Origin: a virus
Taxonomy: Duplodnaviria; Caudoviricetes
Length of the DNA: 63,486 bases
Virus record (IMG/VR): IMGVR_UViG_3300032283_000137
Location: 1-63,486 of that record
Direction: 5' to 3' (one strand)
The notes beneath the pieces are model-generated. The model was not told the DNA's origin. It worked only from the letters and a program-made list of their open reading frames with translations, and made no database searches. Positions 9,734 to 21,500 of the stretch are shown here, in pieces (the stretch's first letter is position 1; the number at the start of each line of letters is the position of its first letter). Position numbers and translations under genes: made by a program.

Positions 9734-10033
9734 ATGGGACAAAAAAACGTAATCGCCCCCCGCCTTCCCGGCGCGCCAATGGCGTATGACCACCATGCCA
9801 TGAACGAGATTTTTCGGGTTATTTCGCTATACTTCAACCAACTGGACAATGCTGGCCCCATATCTATCAGCACTCAGCGTAACGGAACGGCTGTTGTCGC
9901 GGCATTGAGCGCCCCGCCTACGGGCGGTACATCGGTCCCCAGCTTTCCAACGCAGGCTGACTTGGCTAATTTGCGGGTTGGGGACATCTATTACGACACA
10001 AGCGCAAGCAATGTGCTGAAGGTCAAGACGTAA
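9734..10033 (+). CDS. Small virion protein
   Basis: Coupled ORF in the tail operon; GDIYYDT...LKV end. Confidence 0.6.
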   Translation: MGQKNVIAPRLPGAPMAYDHHAMNEIFRVISLYFNQLDNAGPISISTQRNGTAVVAALSAPPTGGTSVPSFPTQADLANLRVGDIYYDTSASNVLKVKT

Positions 10034-10044
10034 AGAGGTAAATT

Positions 10045-12231
10045 ATGGCTTTTGGTTTTGATGATTTTGCAAAGCTCTTTGATCCGGTATCCGATCTGCT
10101 GGGTACGTCTGGCAAAAAAGGCGTGGGCCTACTCCAACAGGACCCGGAAGACCTAGCTATGTTGGCGGCTCTTGCCGCCGGTGGGTTTTCCTTATTGCCA
10201 ACACCAATCCCCCTAGAAGGAGCGGCTGCGGCGACTACGCTAGCACCAGCCGGAGAAGCTGCAACCCTTGTTACAACAACCCCTGGAATTACGGCAGCTA
10301 CTACCGATGTTGCTGCTAATGAAGCCGCCCGCCTAGCCGCCGAAAAAGCCGCAGCCGAAGCTGCCGCACAAGAAGCCGCTCGCGTTGCTGCGCAAAAAGC
10401 TACTCAACAGGGAATCCTACAAGCAAAAAACGCCGCTTCATTGCCGCCCGATCCAAGTGCGCCTAATATGTTTAATTTTAAACTTGATGCAGCTGGAAAC
10501 CGTGTCGGATTAGAAGGTACAGGAACAAACCCATTTCTCGGCAATCAAACTGATGCAATGGCTCGGGCTTCTGCCCAGCCCGGCCTTAACCCTAATTTAT
10601 CTGGTTTAGAAAATCAAATTGATTTAATAAACAAAGGACCCGGCTATACTGATTACCTCAACGATACTAGTGCTAAATCATTATCTAAAGCCACCAGTTT
10701 TGAAGAGTATCAATTAGATCAAGCTAGGCGAGCCGCAGCAGAAGGGGCTAAATTACCGCCTACTGTTGATATGTCTTTAGGGCGTCAATCTGTTCCTGAT
10801 TACACATCGTTTGAAGATTCTTTTCATAAAAGCAGCCTAACTCCAGATAGGTTTCAAAACCTTGAAGGTTTACGTGTGCCAGATAGTGGGCCTTATCAAA
10901 TAGGAAGTGGAGATTATTTAAATAATAGCCCTAAAACAGAAAGCGCATTTGATATAGGGCGCAAAGCAGGTGAGTATTTTGATAAAGCATCAAAATATGT
11001 AGAAACAGACCCTATAAAATCTGCCACCCTTGCATATTACGGCGCGTACAAAACCGGCATGCTTGACCAAAAACCGGTAGAGGCCCCTGCAGACAACTAC
11101 AAGAACCCGTACAGCATGCGTAATTTTCGCCGGTCTAACCCTAATCCGGGTAATTATCAGTACCCACCCCGTTATGCCCAAGGCGGTATCGCCAGCGTGC
11201 AGGGTTACGCAAAAGGCGGTCGGTCTAAGACTGAGGCTGCAATGGACTTTTATGATGCCATGAATCCTCGGCGAGAGTCCGCCCCTCTTAGCCATGGTAG
11301 CCCCGGCATCTACTACGACGCAGACCCAGACACGCGATACCTTGACCCGATGGAAGCCGCCATGGTGCGCATGTCTAAGATCAACAGCCGTGCCAACGTG
11401 CAAGCCCCAACTATGACTCCTTCTCGGCGCATGGGTGAGTTGGACTTCAAACCCGTTGCCGCTGCACAAGGTGGAATCATGGGCTACGCAGATGGCGGCG
11501 CGCCTCTTGAAGATGATATGTATATAAGATTAACTGGGCGTAATGACAGAGCGTCAGACCGCATGCCGGGGCCCGACGTACCATTCTCCCCTACAAGTGA
11601 GAGCGCTGCGGCAGTCAGTAAGTTCGGGCAAGGGCTGAAAGATTACCCTGCAATTGCCCCCGGAGGTTTAGCAGCGCAAGTAATAGGCTCAATAGCTTCA
11701 GCTTACGGCGACCATATGGCTAGGAATGTTGACCCTAACTATGGCCACGAGGGCATGAACACCACCGCTGGTAAAACTTTTGATGTACCAACCATAAGTG
11801 CGGATGATGATAACTCCGCTGTTCTTGGCTTAAATGGTAGTGGTGGCGCAAGTGTAAGTAGCAGTGATTTTGGTGGCGGGTCTTTTGACCCTGCAGGAAG
11901 AGATTCGGATGGGACTCCTCTTGCAAAAGGCGGCGGCATCATGGGTTACAACCTCGGTGGTTATGCTGCTGGTGGAAACCCTAGGCTACTTCGTGGGCCC
12001 GGTGATGGCATGAGCGACAACATCCCTGCTACCATCAACAATCGTCAACCAGCACGCTTAGCTGACGGAGAGTACGTTATCACTGCGGATGTGGTGTCAC
12101 ATCTGGGCAATGGCTCAACTGAAGCGGGTGCAAGACAGCTAGACGCAATGATGAAACGGATACGCAAAGGGCGAACGGGCACTTCTAAACAGGGGAAGCA
12201 AATCAATCCCCGTAAGTACCTGCCCGCATGA
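10045..12231 (+). CDS. Putative internal virion (ejection) protein with multiple [YA]AxGG motifs
   Basis: Low-complexity Ala-rich; C-terminal LLRGPGDGMSDNIPA...ARLADGEYVI domain; gagg RBS. Confidence 0.65.
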   Translation: MAFGFDDFAKLFDPVSDLLGTSGKKGVGLLQQDPEDLAMLAALAAGGFSLLPTPIPLEGAAAATTLAPAGEAATLVTTTPGITAATTDVAANEAARLAAEKAAAEAAAQEAARVAAQKATQQGILQAKNAASLPPDPSAPNMFNFKLDAAGNRVGLEGTGTNPFLGNQTDAMARASAQPGLNPNLSGLENQIDLINKGPGYTDYLNDTSAKSLSKATSFEEYQLDQARRAAAEGAKLPPTVDMSLGRQSVPDYTSFEDSFHKSSLTPDRFQNLEGLRVPDSGPYQIGSGDYLNNSPKTESAFDIGRKAGEYFDKASKYVETDPIKSATLAYYGAYKTGMLDQKPVEAPADNYKNPYSMRNFRRSNPNPGNYQYPPRYAQGGIASVQGYAKGGRSKTEAAMDFYDAMNPRRESAPLSHGSPGIYYDADPDTRYLDPMEAAMVRMSKINSRANVQAPTMTPSRRMGELDFKPVAAAQGGIMGYADGGAPLEDDMYIRLTGRNDRASDRMPGPDVPFSPTSESAAAVSKFGQGLKDYPAIAPGGLAAQVIGSIASAYGDHMARNVDPNYGHEGMNTTAGKTFDVPTISADDDNSAVLGLNGSGGASVSSSDFGGGSFDPAGRDSDGTPLAKGGGIMGYNLGGYAAGGNPRLLRGPGDGMSDNIPATINNRQPARLADGEYVITADVVSHLGNGSTEAGARQLDAMMKRIRKGRTGTSKQGKQINPRKYLPA

Positions 12232-12659
12232 TTGAAGTCTCAATGGTTCCTAGGGAGTACATAAATACTTGTTGGGACAAAGTTGAGGCGTATTTAGAAA
12301 AAGCGGCTCAGCATACGCATGGGCGCTTTACAGTCGATGACATCTATAATTCCATAGTTGGTTATGACCACGACCTATGGGTGGCTTATGACGGTGTTGA
12401 GATAAAAGGCGCTGTAGTCACTAATTTTGCCGTGTATCCACGCAGCAAGTACTTGACGATGCAGTTTTGTGGTGGTGTAGAACTAAAGAGTTGGAAAGAC
12501 CCTATGCTGAGCTTGCTGAGACGTTACGCTAAAGACACGGGATGCGATGGCATCGAGTCCACGGCGCGCCGGGGCTGGGCTAAAGTCTTTCAAGATGACG
12601 GATACAAAGGCACTTGGGTTACTTTTCAACTGCCTCTCGAAGGAGTAAATCATGGGTAA
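12228..12659 (+). CDS. GNAT-like acetyltransferase-fold protein between ejection genes
   Basis: LWVAY...GAVVT...FCGG...YAKDTGCDGIESTARRGWAKV. Confidence 0.6.
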   Translation: MIEVSMVPREYINTCWDKVEAYLEKAAQHTHGRFTVDDIYNSIVGYDHDLWVAYDGVEIKGAVVTNFAVYPRSKYLTMQFCGGVELKSWKDPMLSLLRRYAKDTGCDGIESTARRGWAKVFQDDGYKGTWVTFQLPLEGVNHG

Positions 12660-15597
12660 AGGCGGCGGTGGACAACCCACGCAGACTAACAGTAATGTAA
12701 CGAATACCAACGTACCTGAATACGCACGTCCGTATGTAGAGAACATGCTGGGGGCAACCCAACAGCAATTGTTCAAAATGGATGGGAACAACATAACTGG
12801 TTTCCAACCCTACAAAGCGTACGGTGGTACGTACGACGAAGCTGGCAATCAGACAGCCTATGACCCTAGCAAAGCCATTGCGGGGTTCAGCCCAATGCAG
12901 CAACAAGCTCAGCGAGGCATTGGCAACATGCAACTGCCGGGTGAATTTGGCACAGCGGCAAGCTCTACTCAACAGGCAATGCAACAGGCTTTAGGAGCTA
13001 ACTACGCCCCAAGCAACTATGGCAGTCAATTTAATCCTCAGGGAATTGGATACGACGCACAAACAATGCAGGGCTATCAGATGGGCCCCGCCGAACGTGT
13101 GAGTACACAGAGTTTTGCTGAGCCCGGCTCTGCCAGTGCGTACATGTCTCCGTACATGCAGAACGTGGTGGAAATCCAAAAACGCGAAGCGCAGCGCCAG
13201 TCGGGTATTCAAGGTACACAACAGCAAGCCCAAGCCACTCAAGCCGGTGCTTTTGGCGGAAGCCGCGATGCAATCATGCGTGCAGAGCGTGAGCGCAATC
13301 TTGGTCAGCAAATGGGTGACATTCAAGCGCAGGGTTCCCAAGCAGCTTTCCAGCAAGCACAGCAGCAGTTCAACGCGGAACAACAAGCACGGCTGTCAGC
13401 ACAACAGGCTAACCAGCAAGCAGGAATTACTGTAGGCCAGCAGAATCTAGGCGCTGCGCAACAGACTGGGCTGGCTAACCAAGCCGCACTAAATCAAGCG
13501 GGGCAGTTCAACGCTGGGCAGAACCTACAAGCAGCAAGCTTGGGCGCGCAGTACGGACAAGCAGCCAACCAACTTAACGAGCAATCGCGCCAGTACGGCG
13601 CGGGCTATGGGCTGCAGGGTCTACAAGCTGGTATGCAGGGCGCTAGTCAACTAGCCAATATTGGTAATCAAGGGCTGCAAGCGCAGCAGGGTATTTACGG
13701 CCTGCAGAATCAAATGGGTCAGCAGCAACAGCAGAACCAGCAGCAAATTATTAACCAAGCAATGCAGGACTACGCCAATGCACAGCAGTACCCGCTGATG
13801 CAGTTGGGCACGATGTCTAACATGCTGCGTGGCCTGCCCATGCAGGCTCAGACTACCCAACAGTACCAAGCGCAGGCTAACCCCATCACGCAGGGCATCG
13901 GTGCTATTGGCGCACTAGGCTCCTTGTCGCAGATGAAAGCAAAGGGCGGTGCTGTTAAGAGCATGGCTAAGGGCGGTATTACGTCCATCCCCCGTTACGA
14001 CGTTGGCGGTGCAGTGCTAAGCCAACTTGCTCAAAAAAACGATGAGGAGTTAGCAAAGGAAGCTAGGGAGTCTCCTAGCCCACGAGTCCGTGAAATGGCT
14101 GCAGCAATCCTCAAGCAACGCCAAGCCGGTATGAATGCAGAGCCTCAAGCTAGTGAAGCTCCCCAAGGTGTGGGCCCTATGGGTGTGGACTACAACGCTG
14201 GTTATGCTGGTGGTGGCATCATTGCGTTTGCTAGAGGTAGAGAAGTTCCTTTTATAGCTTCTGCTAATGATGCCAATGCTGGTGAGGCAGAGGCAAAAAA
14301 AGCTATGGCTAGTGGCATAGTCCCTGCTGCGGTTACTCCTGTAGTTCCTGTTCCTGCTAATGACGCCAATGCTGGCGAAGCGGAAGCAAAACAAGCTATG
14401 GCTAAGGGCGTAGTCCCCGCTTCCGCCCCTGCTGGCATTCTTGCGGCTCCTCCTGTTGAGACTGACCCCGGTAGGGCTGCAATTGCGGACGCTAAAAAAG
14501 CAATGGAGCCTTTTACAACGATAGCAAATAAAACAACAAAACAGCTATATGAAGACGAATTGGCTGATAGAAAAGCTTTGGGCTTAGATAATTCTGAGGC
14601 AAAACAAAAGCTAATGCAGCAGCAGATGGCAGAACGGGCTAATTTGGTAGCTGAAAATGAACGCACTAACCTACTACGCCGGGCTAAGTTTTTTGCAGAG
14701 TTAGGTTCTACACCCGGTAACACTTTGGTTGCCGGTTTGGTTGCGTTAAAGAACCAAATTCCTGACATCCTTCAAGATGCTAAAGATCAAAAACTAGCGC
14801 GCCAACAAGCAGACAAAGCTATCTTTGATTTAGAAGAGTCTATGCGGATGGAGAAGCTTGGGGTTTATGATAAAGCAGATGTTAAAAAACAATCGGCTAT
14901 CAAGACCATGGCAGACCTGCAAGCAAGCCTGACCACAGCATCTGTCCAGCAAGCTAGTTCTGAAAAGAGACTTCAAGCCGACTTGGCTCAATCTGCTGCA
15001 ACTCTTGCTGCAAGCACAGCGCGTGATGCTACTGACATAAAACAAGCGGAAATTATGGAACGCAGCGCTAGAACTGTGGCTGAAATTAAAGCTATATCTG
15101 ACGCAGCACAAACACGCCAGGTAGCTGCCCAACGCGCTGAAAGTGCAGCAGTCGCCGCTGACCAAAAACTTTTTACACAACACGCCGCAGCGCAACAGGA
15201 ATTAAGTAGAGCTATGGAACGCGCTGAACGTCTAAGATCAGGCAAAGATTACCAAGCTTCCTTAGCAGTTATTCAACAGGCGACGATAGGTGTGCCATTG
15301 AAGCCAGACGGAACAGTAGATGAATCAAAAATAAATTCCGTGCTGAAAGCTAATTATGATAGAGCTAAAGCAAATATTGAGCGCGCTGATACAGAAATGT
15401 TCAATATGGTTAAGGCCGCTGATGAAACAGCAAAAATAGCTTTTAACCGGTTAAATATACCGGGGGGTGCTGGCGCTCCTCCCGCTAATAATATTAGGGC
15501 TGCAGTAGAAGCTGGCGGTCAAAAATACGAGCCTGATAAATATGATTATAAAATTGCCGAAGACGGTTCTGTTCAACGCAAGTCTAAGGGCAGGTAA
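12652..15597 (+). CDS. Putative DNA ejection/pilot protein, Gln/Ala-rich
   Basis: MGKGGGG start, YMSPYMQNVV, GAFGGSR motifs typical of podovirus ejection proteins; coiled-coil C-half. Confidence 0.7.
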   Translation: MGKGGGGQPTQTNSNVTNTNVPEYARPYVENMLGATQQQLFKMDGNNITGFQPYKAYGGTYDEAGNQTAYDPSKAIAGFSPMQQQAQRGIGNMQLPGEFGTAASSTQQAMQQALGANYAPSNYGSQFNPQGIGYDAQTMQGYQMGPAERVSTQSFAEPGSASAYMSPYMQNVVEIQKREAQRQSGIQGTQQQAQATQAGAFGGSRDAIMRAERERNLGQQMGDIQAQGSQAAFQQAQQQFNAEQQARLSAQQANQQAGITVGQQNLGAAQQTGLANQAALNQAGQFNAGQNLQAASLGAQYGQAANQLNEQSRQYGAGYGLQGLQAGMQGASQLANIGNQGLQAQQGIYGLQNQMGQQQQQNQQQIINQAMQDYANAQQYPLMQLGTMSNMLRGLPMQAQTTQQYQAQANPITQGIGAIGALGSLSQMKAKGGAVKSMAKGGITSIPRYDVGGAVLSQLAQKNDEELAKEARESPSPRVREMAAAILKQRQAGMNAEPQASEAPQGVGPMGVDYNAGYAGGGIIAFARGREVPFIASANDANAGEAEAKKAMASGIVPAAVTPVVPVPANDANAGEAEAKQAMAKGVVPASAPAGILAAPPVETDPGRAAIADAKKAMEPFTTIANKTTKQLYEDELADRKALGLDNSEAKQKLMQQQMAERANLVAENERTNLLRRAKFFAELGSTPGNTLVAGLVALKNQIPDILQDAKDQKLARQQADKAIFDLEESMRMEKLGVYDKADVKKQSAIKTMADLQASLTTASVQQASSEKRLQADLAQSAATLAASTARDATDIKQAEIMERSARTVAEIKAISDAAQTRQVAAQRAESAAVAADQKLFTQHAAAQQELSRAMERAERLRSGKDYQASLAVIQQATIGVPLKPDGTVDESKINSVLKANYDRAKANIERADTEMFNMVKAADETAKIAFNRLNIPGGAGAPPANNIRAAVEAGGQKYEPDKYDYKIAEDGSVQRKSKGR

Positions 15598-15599
15598 CA

Positions 15600-18500
15600 A
15601 TGGCAAAAGAGTCTGAGTGGGAAACAATTGTCCCGGCTCCGCGCCCTGCTACTCGCCCTGCGCCCGCTAAGGATGCGCAAGGGTGGGAAACAATTGTCCC
15701 TGCTCCCGCGCCTGTAACCACATCCGCTAAAGACGCACAAGGCTGGGAAACAATTGTCCCCGCAAAAGCGCCCGCAAAGCCCCCCGTAGCTCCGGTAGCT
15801 AAAGACGACACCGAGGCATACCCTTTCCTGCGTGGGGTTGCTGACGTACCGTTGAAGGTAGGCGCTGGTGCAGTTTATGGGGTACGGACGGTTGCTGATT
15901 TTTATGGCGCAGACAGTGCAGTATCAAAAAATCTTAGAGGCGTAGAAGACTACCTTGCAGCGCTGTATAGCGCTCAGTCTAAAAAAGACAGCCAAGAGAT
16001 GGCCCGCATCATGAAAGATGCAGAGGATAAGGGCGTGCTGGCAAACTTGGTGGCGGCGGGGAAAGCCTTTAGCGTAGCCCCCGTAGACTTACTTGCAAAC
16101 GCGCTTGGTACAGCAGCGCCCGGTATTATTGCTGGAGTGGCCACTTTCCTTACTGGTGGTACTCCGCTTGTAGCTGGCGCAGTAACGCTTGGTACTGGTG
16201 CGGTAATGGGCGCAGGTACGGTCAAAGGCGCTGTCTACGATGCTACTAAAGAAGTTCTTAGTGAAAAAACTAAGTTATCACCTGAGCAGATTGAAAAAAT
16301 TGCTGTTGATGCTCAGAGCTATAGAGGCGAAAACCTAGATCAAATTTTAATAGGCTCATTGGCTGGGGCTTTTGGGGCGCGAACCGGAGCAGAGCTTGCC
16401 ATAGCCCGTCAACTATCTAAAGGGATTGCTACTACCGTAGCCCAGAAAGAAGCCGTCAAGTTAGCCACTAAAGAAGCCACTGAGCAGGCAGCTAAACGTG
16501 GCATAGTAAAACAAGCCGCAATCACTGGCGGTACAGATTTCTTAGGCGAAGGCTTCCAAGGCGGTCAAGAGCAACTAGCGAAAAATCTTGCGCTGCAGCG
16601 GCAGGGCTTTGATGTACCCACGATGCGCGGCGTTGTTGGACAGGGCGCTTTGGAGGGTCTGGCTGGTCTTGGTATGGGCACTATTTCTGGTGGGCGTGAG
16701 GCCTACACCGCCAAGAACGAAATTGCTCTACAGAACGCTGCCAAATTGACTAGCCAAGAGCAAGAAGAACTCAGAGACCGGTTTACAACTGCCGGTATGG
16801 ACACTAAGGCTGCTGACAGAGCACCTACCAAACAAGAGCTAGATTCGCTCAACGCTGCTACTGCCGCCCCGCCCGGCTCAGTCATTCCTCCAACCCCCGA
16901 ATCTCCTCTTGCACAGGCGCTTAAAGTTTATGTTGCCAATATTCCCGAGGGTAAAGAAGCGGAGATGGTTGGCAAGGACGAAGTAAAAGGCCTAATAGCA
17001 AAAATGAAAGAGCTTGGCCTACCTGCGCCTAAACCTGACAAGACCAAGGGCGAGAGCACTAGGGTGCTGGCTGTCCAAGCGCTGCGCCAGTACTTTGCCG
17101 CTGGTGGCGAACAACTCACAGATATCCCCGACATACAAGGAACTGCCGATGGCACTCAAGCCGCTCAAACCCAGCAAACAACGCCGCAAGGACAACAAAC
17201 AACCCCGGCCCCAGATGTAACAACCGCTACCGTAACGCCTCCTCCTGCGCCCCCTGTAGATGTAACGCCTCCTACACCCGCAGCCCCTATTGCTATCCCC
17301 ATGAGCAAAGGGGTTGATGCTGTTTACAAAGGAGCGCTTGCTAGGTTTACTGCTAATCCCCAAGATGCTAAAGCTCTAGCCACTGTTAACTCACTGGAGC
17401 GGACGCACAACATGCCGCTAACCGGCGTTACTCCACAAGGTGGGGTGCTCAGTGCAAAAAGTAAAAAAGTAGCCCCTGTAGTTGAGGAAGAATCAAGCGT
17501 GGCTTACAAGTATGACTCTACGTTAAGCCCTGAGCTTAACCAAGAGATAGCCAACTTAATTGCTACTGAGAACGAACGCGTAGATCAAGAAAAGCTAACG
17601 GCTGACCTTGCAGAAACGGACGCAAAAAAAGCTGGTAAGTTTGAAACCTCTAAAGAAGACCGTGATGCTTTTGAAAAGGTTCGGGCGGAGCACAACGCCG
17701 ACGCAGCGGAACGCAATCAGAAACGTGCAGATGCGCTGGCGGCAGTAAAGGCTGCTAATGACAAGGCTGATGCAGCGATAAAAGAAGCTGATCAGTACAA
17801 GAAAGAAAACAAGCCTAAACAGAACGACCCCAAGCTTGTTGCTTTAACGGAAGCAGCGGATAAAGCCATTGCTGAAGAAGAAGCTGCTGATGCGTATCTT
17901 ATGACGCTTGACCCTGAGGATGTACTTTATATCCCCGCTTGGTCAGACATGGGCGCGCTTAAAGACATCTACTTTGGTGACATCAAATATGGGGCCATGC
18001 CGGAACATCGGAAAGCTGCTCAAGCAGTTGTACAGGCTTTGACAGACAGGTCATATAAAGGGCTGTCTGAAGATGAAAAACGGGTTGTTAATGCATACAA
18101 CGACACACGTACCCGCGTCAGCAAAATGTTTAGCACCACGTTTCCCAAGTGGCGCGATCTGTCTGATGGCGCTAAGGGGGTCTTTAAAGAAGGCTTAACA
18201 AATTTCTCTGGCTTGCAGCTAGATCGGTCTTTTGGCAACTTAGCCAAGCATTTAAAAACTGAAGCTGCTACTAAAACAGAGCAGTCAAAAATCCAGATTG
18301 GTCAGGAGAACAAAGACCGGCTTGAGCGTGTGCAGCGTGAGTCGGATGAGCAGAAGAAACGCATACCTGCTGGCTATGAAACTGAGGTTGACCCCCTTAC
18401 AGGAAAAACTATCCCCCCACGGTTTGGCAGCAATCTTGAGAAGTCTAGATTGACGGTACAGCGGGACAACGACAAGCTGCGCATGCTTATAGGCAACAGT

Positions 18501-21500
18501 AATTTGTTCGGTGCGCTGGAACACATAAGCGGAATGAAGTCCGTAAGCAAGTTTAACCGGGTTATTGCTAAGGCAGTGGCCTCCATGGTCAAGGGGATGA
18601 AATCCCCCCCAAGACTTATGCTTGTGAGCAAGCTATCCAATGATGACCATGGGCAATATGACCCAAGCTTTACCACGCCCGGTCAAGAGAACATCGGCAA
18701 AATCTCTATCAGGACTGTATCGCCCACCATCCTGCTGCATGAGGCAATCCATGCCGTTACCGTACAGGTCATCAACAAGTATTTAGACGGGGATACCTCA
18801 CTAACCCCTGCGCAGACTGCAGGAGCAAAACAGCTACTAAAAATTATGGCTGTTACCCGCGATTACATCGATGCAGAGGGCGTTCGGTTTGGAGATAAAC
18901 ATCCTGAAGCGTATGACAACATCTTTGAGTTTGTCTCTTACGCACTGACTAAGGAAGACTTTCAAAACGACTTAGCAAACATCAACCTACCTGCAGAAAG
19001 CCGGTTGCATTACGCCATGTTTGCTAAAGGCGATGTTAATAAAGGAGAAACCACAAATATTAGCAACATCTCAAGCCAGCCTAGGTCTGCGTGGACAGAG
19101 TTCAAGTTATCTGTTGCCAAACTCATTACTGCCGGTGTAAAACGAGTTAAAGAAGTTGTATCTAAAGAAGACCAGAAAGAAGCACAAGAACGGCTTGAAA
19201 AAGAATTTCAAAAACAAGGTAAGTACGTCCCAGTTGATAGAGAGGCTATAGCTGAAGAAGACGTATACGAATTACAAACTATACCGTTAGCTGACCTTCT
19301 GTCTGAAGCAATAACGACTGGCTCGTTTACTAATCAGAATTTCTTGATGGAGATAGCTGCTGCCTTTGAGGACATCATGGCTCCGCAGACTGGCGCTATT
19401 GTGCTGGATTCTGAAGAAAGTTTGTCAGCTACGTCTACACCGCAACAAGCCCAAGCACCTCGTGGTGGTGGTATTAACGACCCTGACTTACGAAAGACTA
19501 TGAAGGAGCAAGGGCTTCCTGAGAGCGGGCAAGCCACTGGGGTGTTCAAACCCTTGCTCACACAGGATGGATGGCGCAACATGGCGAAGCTGGTGCAAGA
19601 CCGGACGTACGAAGCTAGGAGCTACTTTAGGCGACAGGACATGGGCGATAAGATTGTCCGTGACATGACCAAATCGTTTAACAACGTGACGGAGCACCTT
19701 GACCTCTCTATGGGAGAGATGCGCAACTTCCTTGACCACTACTTAAAAACTCCTCTTGATGATTACAAAACAGCAGTAAGCGAGTACGTCAAGATAGCTG
19801 GCAAAGGGCTTGATGAAGCACTTGTAGACCTGCAGTTGTTTGGTGAGATGCTGCATGAGCCTGAGCGCCGCTTGATGAAATTTATTGTGTCTGAGCCGCT
19901 TAACAACGCGCTAAATTTAATCCATAACGGAAAGCCTATAAGTGCCGCACAACGTCGTCTTGACATCATCGGAGACATGCGTACTGGCAAGCCGGGAATT
20001 GTTCACCAGTTTAAATTGACAGAAGCTCAGCGGGCCGCATTACGTGCAGAACTAATATTTTTAGCTGACAACTATGGTGACCCGTTTGGCGACAGCCCCC
20101 GCCTGTCAAAAGCACAAATGGATGCTGCGTTAAAACGGCACTTAGCCGCTGTTGCTGCAAATCCTAGTCTGGCGTTGTCAACAAAAAAAGACCCAAGGCT
20201 TGACATCAATAATAGCTTGTACAACGCACTGGGTATAACGGATAGTGAAGTTAAGCTGCGTCAAGCGCAATTCAATGACAATGACATAGTGTCCCCTGAG
20301 CGTAGGGCGGCTGCTATGAAAGTGTTTGAGACCATGCAAAAGATAAACAAGGCTACTGCTAAATTAAATAAAATTGGTAACTACTGGTCTACCCCTGTTG
20401 ACAACCTAGTAGGAATATATAATTACCAGTATTACATGCCATTTAAAGGCAAGGCAAAGCACTCTGAGATTGACCACTCGCTTGACCCCAACCGGATGGG
20501 TAGGGGCAAGGACATGCAGGAAATTGAACACGAAACTGCAGGCCGTTTTAGTGTCTCTGACAATCCTGTGCTGCAAGTATTGAGCGATGCCTTCCGTAGC
20601 GCGCGGCGTGCTGGCGTGCGTAACTACACACAGTCAATTAAGAACGCCCTTTCCGCAGACCCCAAGTTAAATCCCGGTGGTACGGGAATTTTGCGCGGTA
20701 GCGTCTATAAAAACATTAAGTTTGAAGACCGTGGTGTGGCTAACCTGCAAGAGTTTAAAGGCGGGCAGTATATATTTCACTACAACGAAGATGGCTCCAT
20801 CGACATCTTAAAAGTGACTGACCCTAAGTTGCTGCAGGCGCTGCGCTACTCCTTCAAGGACAGCAACATAATGTGGCAGTTGGCTAACAACGTGACAGCG
20901 TTTTTTGGTTCAATGCACACTAGGTACAACCTCAACTTTGCACCAAAAAACTTTTTGGTCGATGCGTTGACTAACGCTTGGAACATTGGCGGGGGCAAGC
21001 TTGGCCCGTTAAAGTCTGCTGCATACATTAAGGACATTGCGTACCAAGTGAGTAAGAACGGTTTTGGTAAAGCTCTTGAGGTGGCGATATACCATGAGAA
21101 GGGCGACCCTGCGAGTCAGAAGCGGTTGGCAGACATGGCAGATAAAGACCCGTTTGTCAAAGCTATGCTAGAGATGATTCAGATTGGCGGCAAAACCATT
21201 TTTGTAGAAAGTTTCTCACTCAAAGCTAATCTTGAAAAACTAAAGAGCCTTAAGCGGAATCGCATTTTACGAACCAAAGATAGCATTGAGGCAATGCTTG
21301 ATAGCTGGAACGGTATGTTTGAATTAACCAGCCGTACAGCTGCGTACATGCTCTACAAGGAAAGTGTTTATGCAAAAAACAAACTTACTATGTCAGACGT
21401 TAAAGGGCCGAACAACACAATGTCTCCAGCAGAACAAGCAGCAAGTGTAGAAGCTGCAGCAGAAACTAAAAACCTAGCTAACTTTGAAAAAGCTGGTGAG

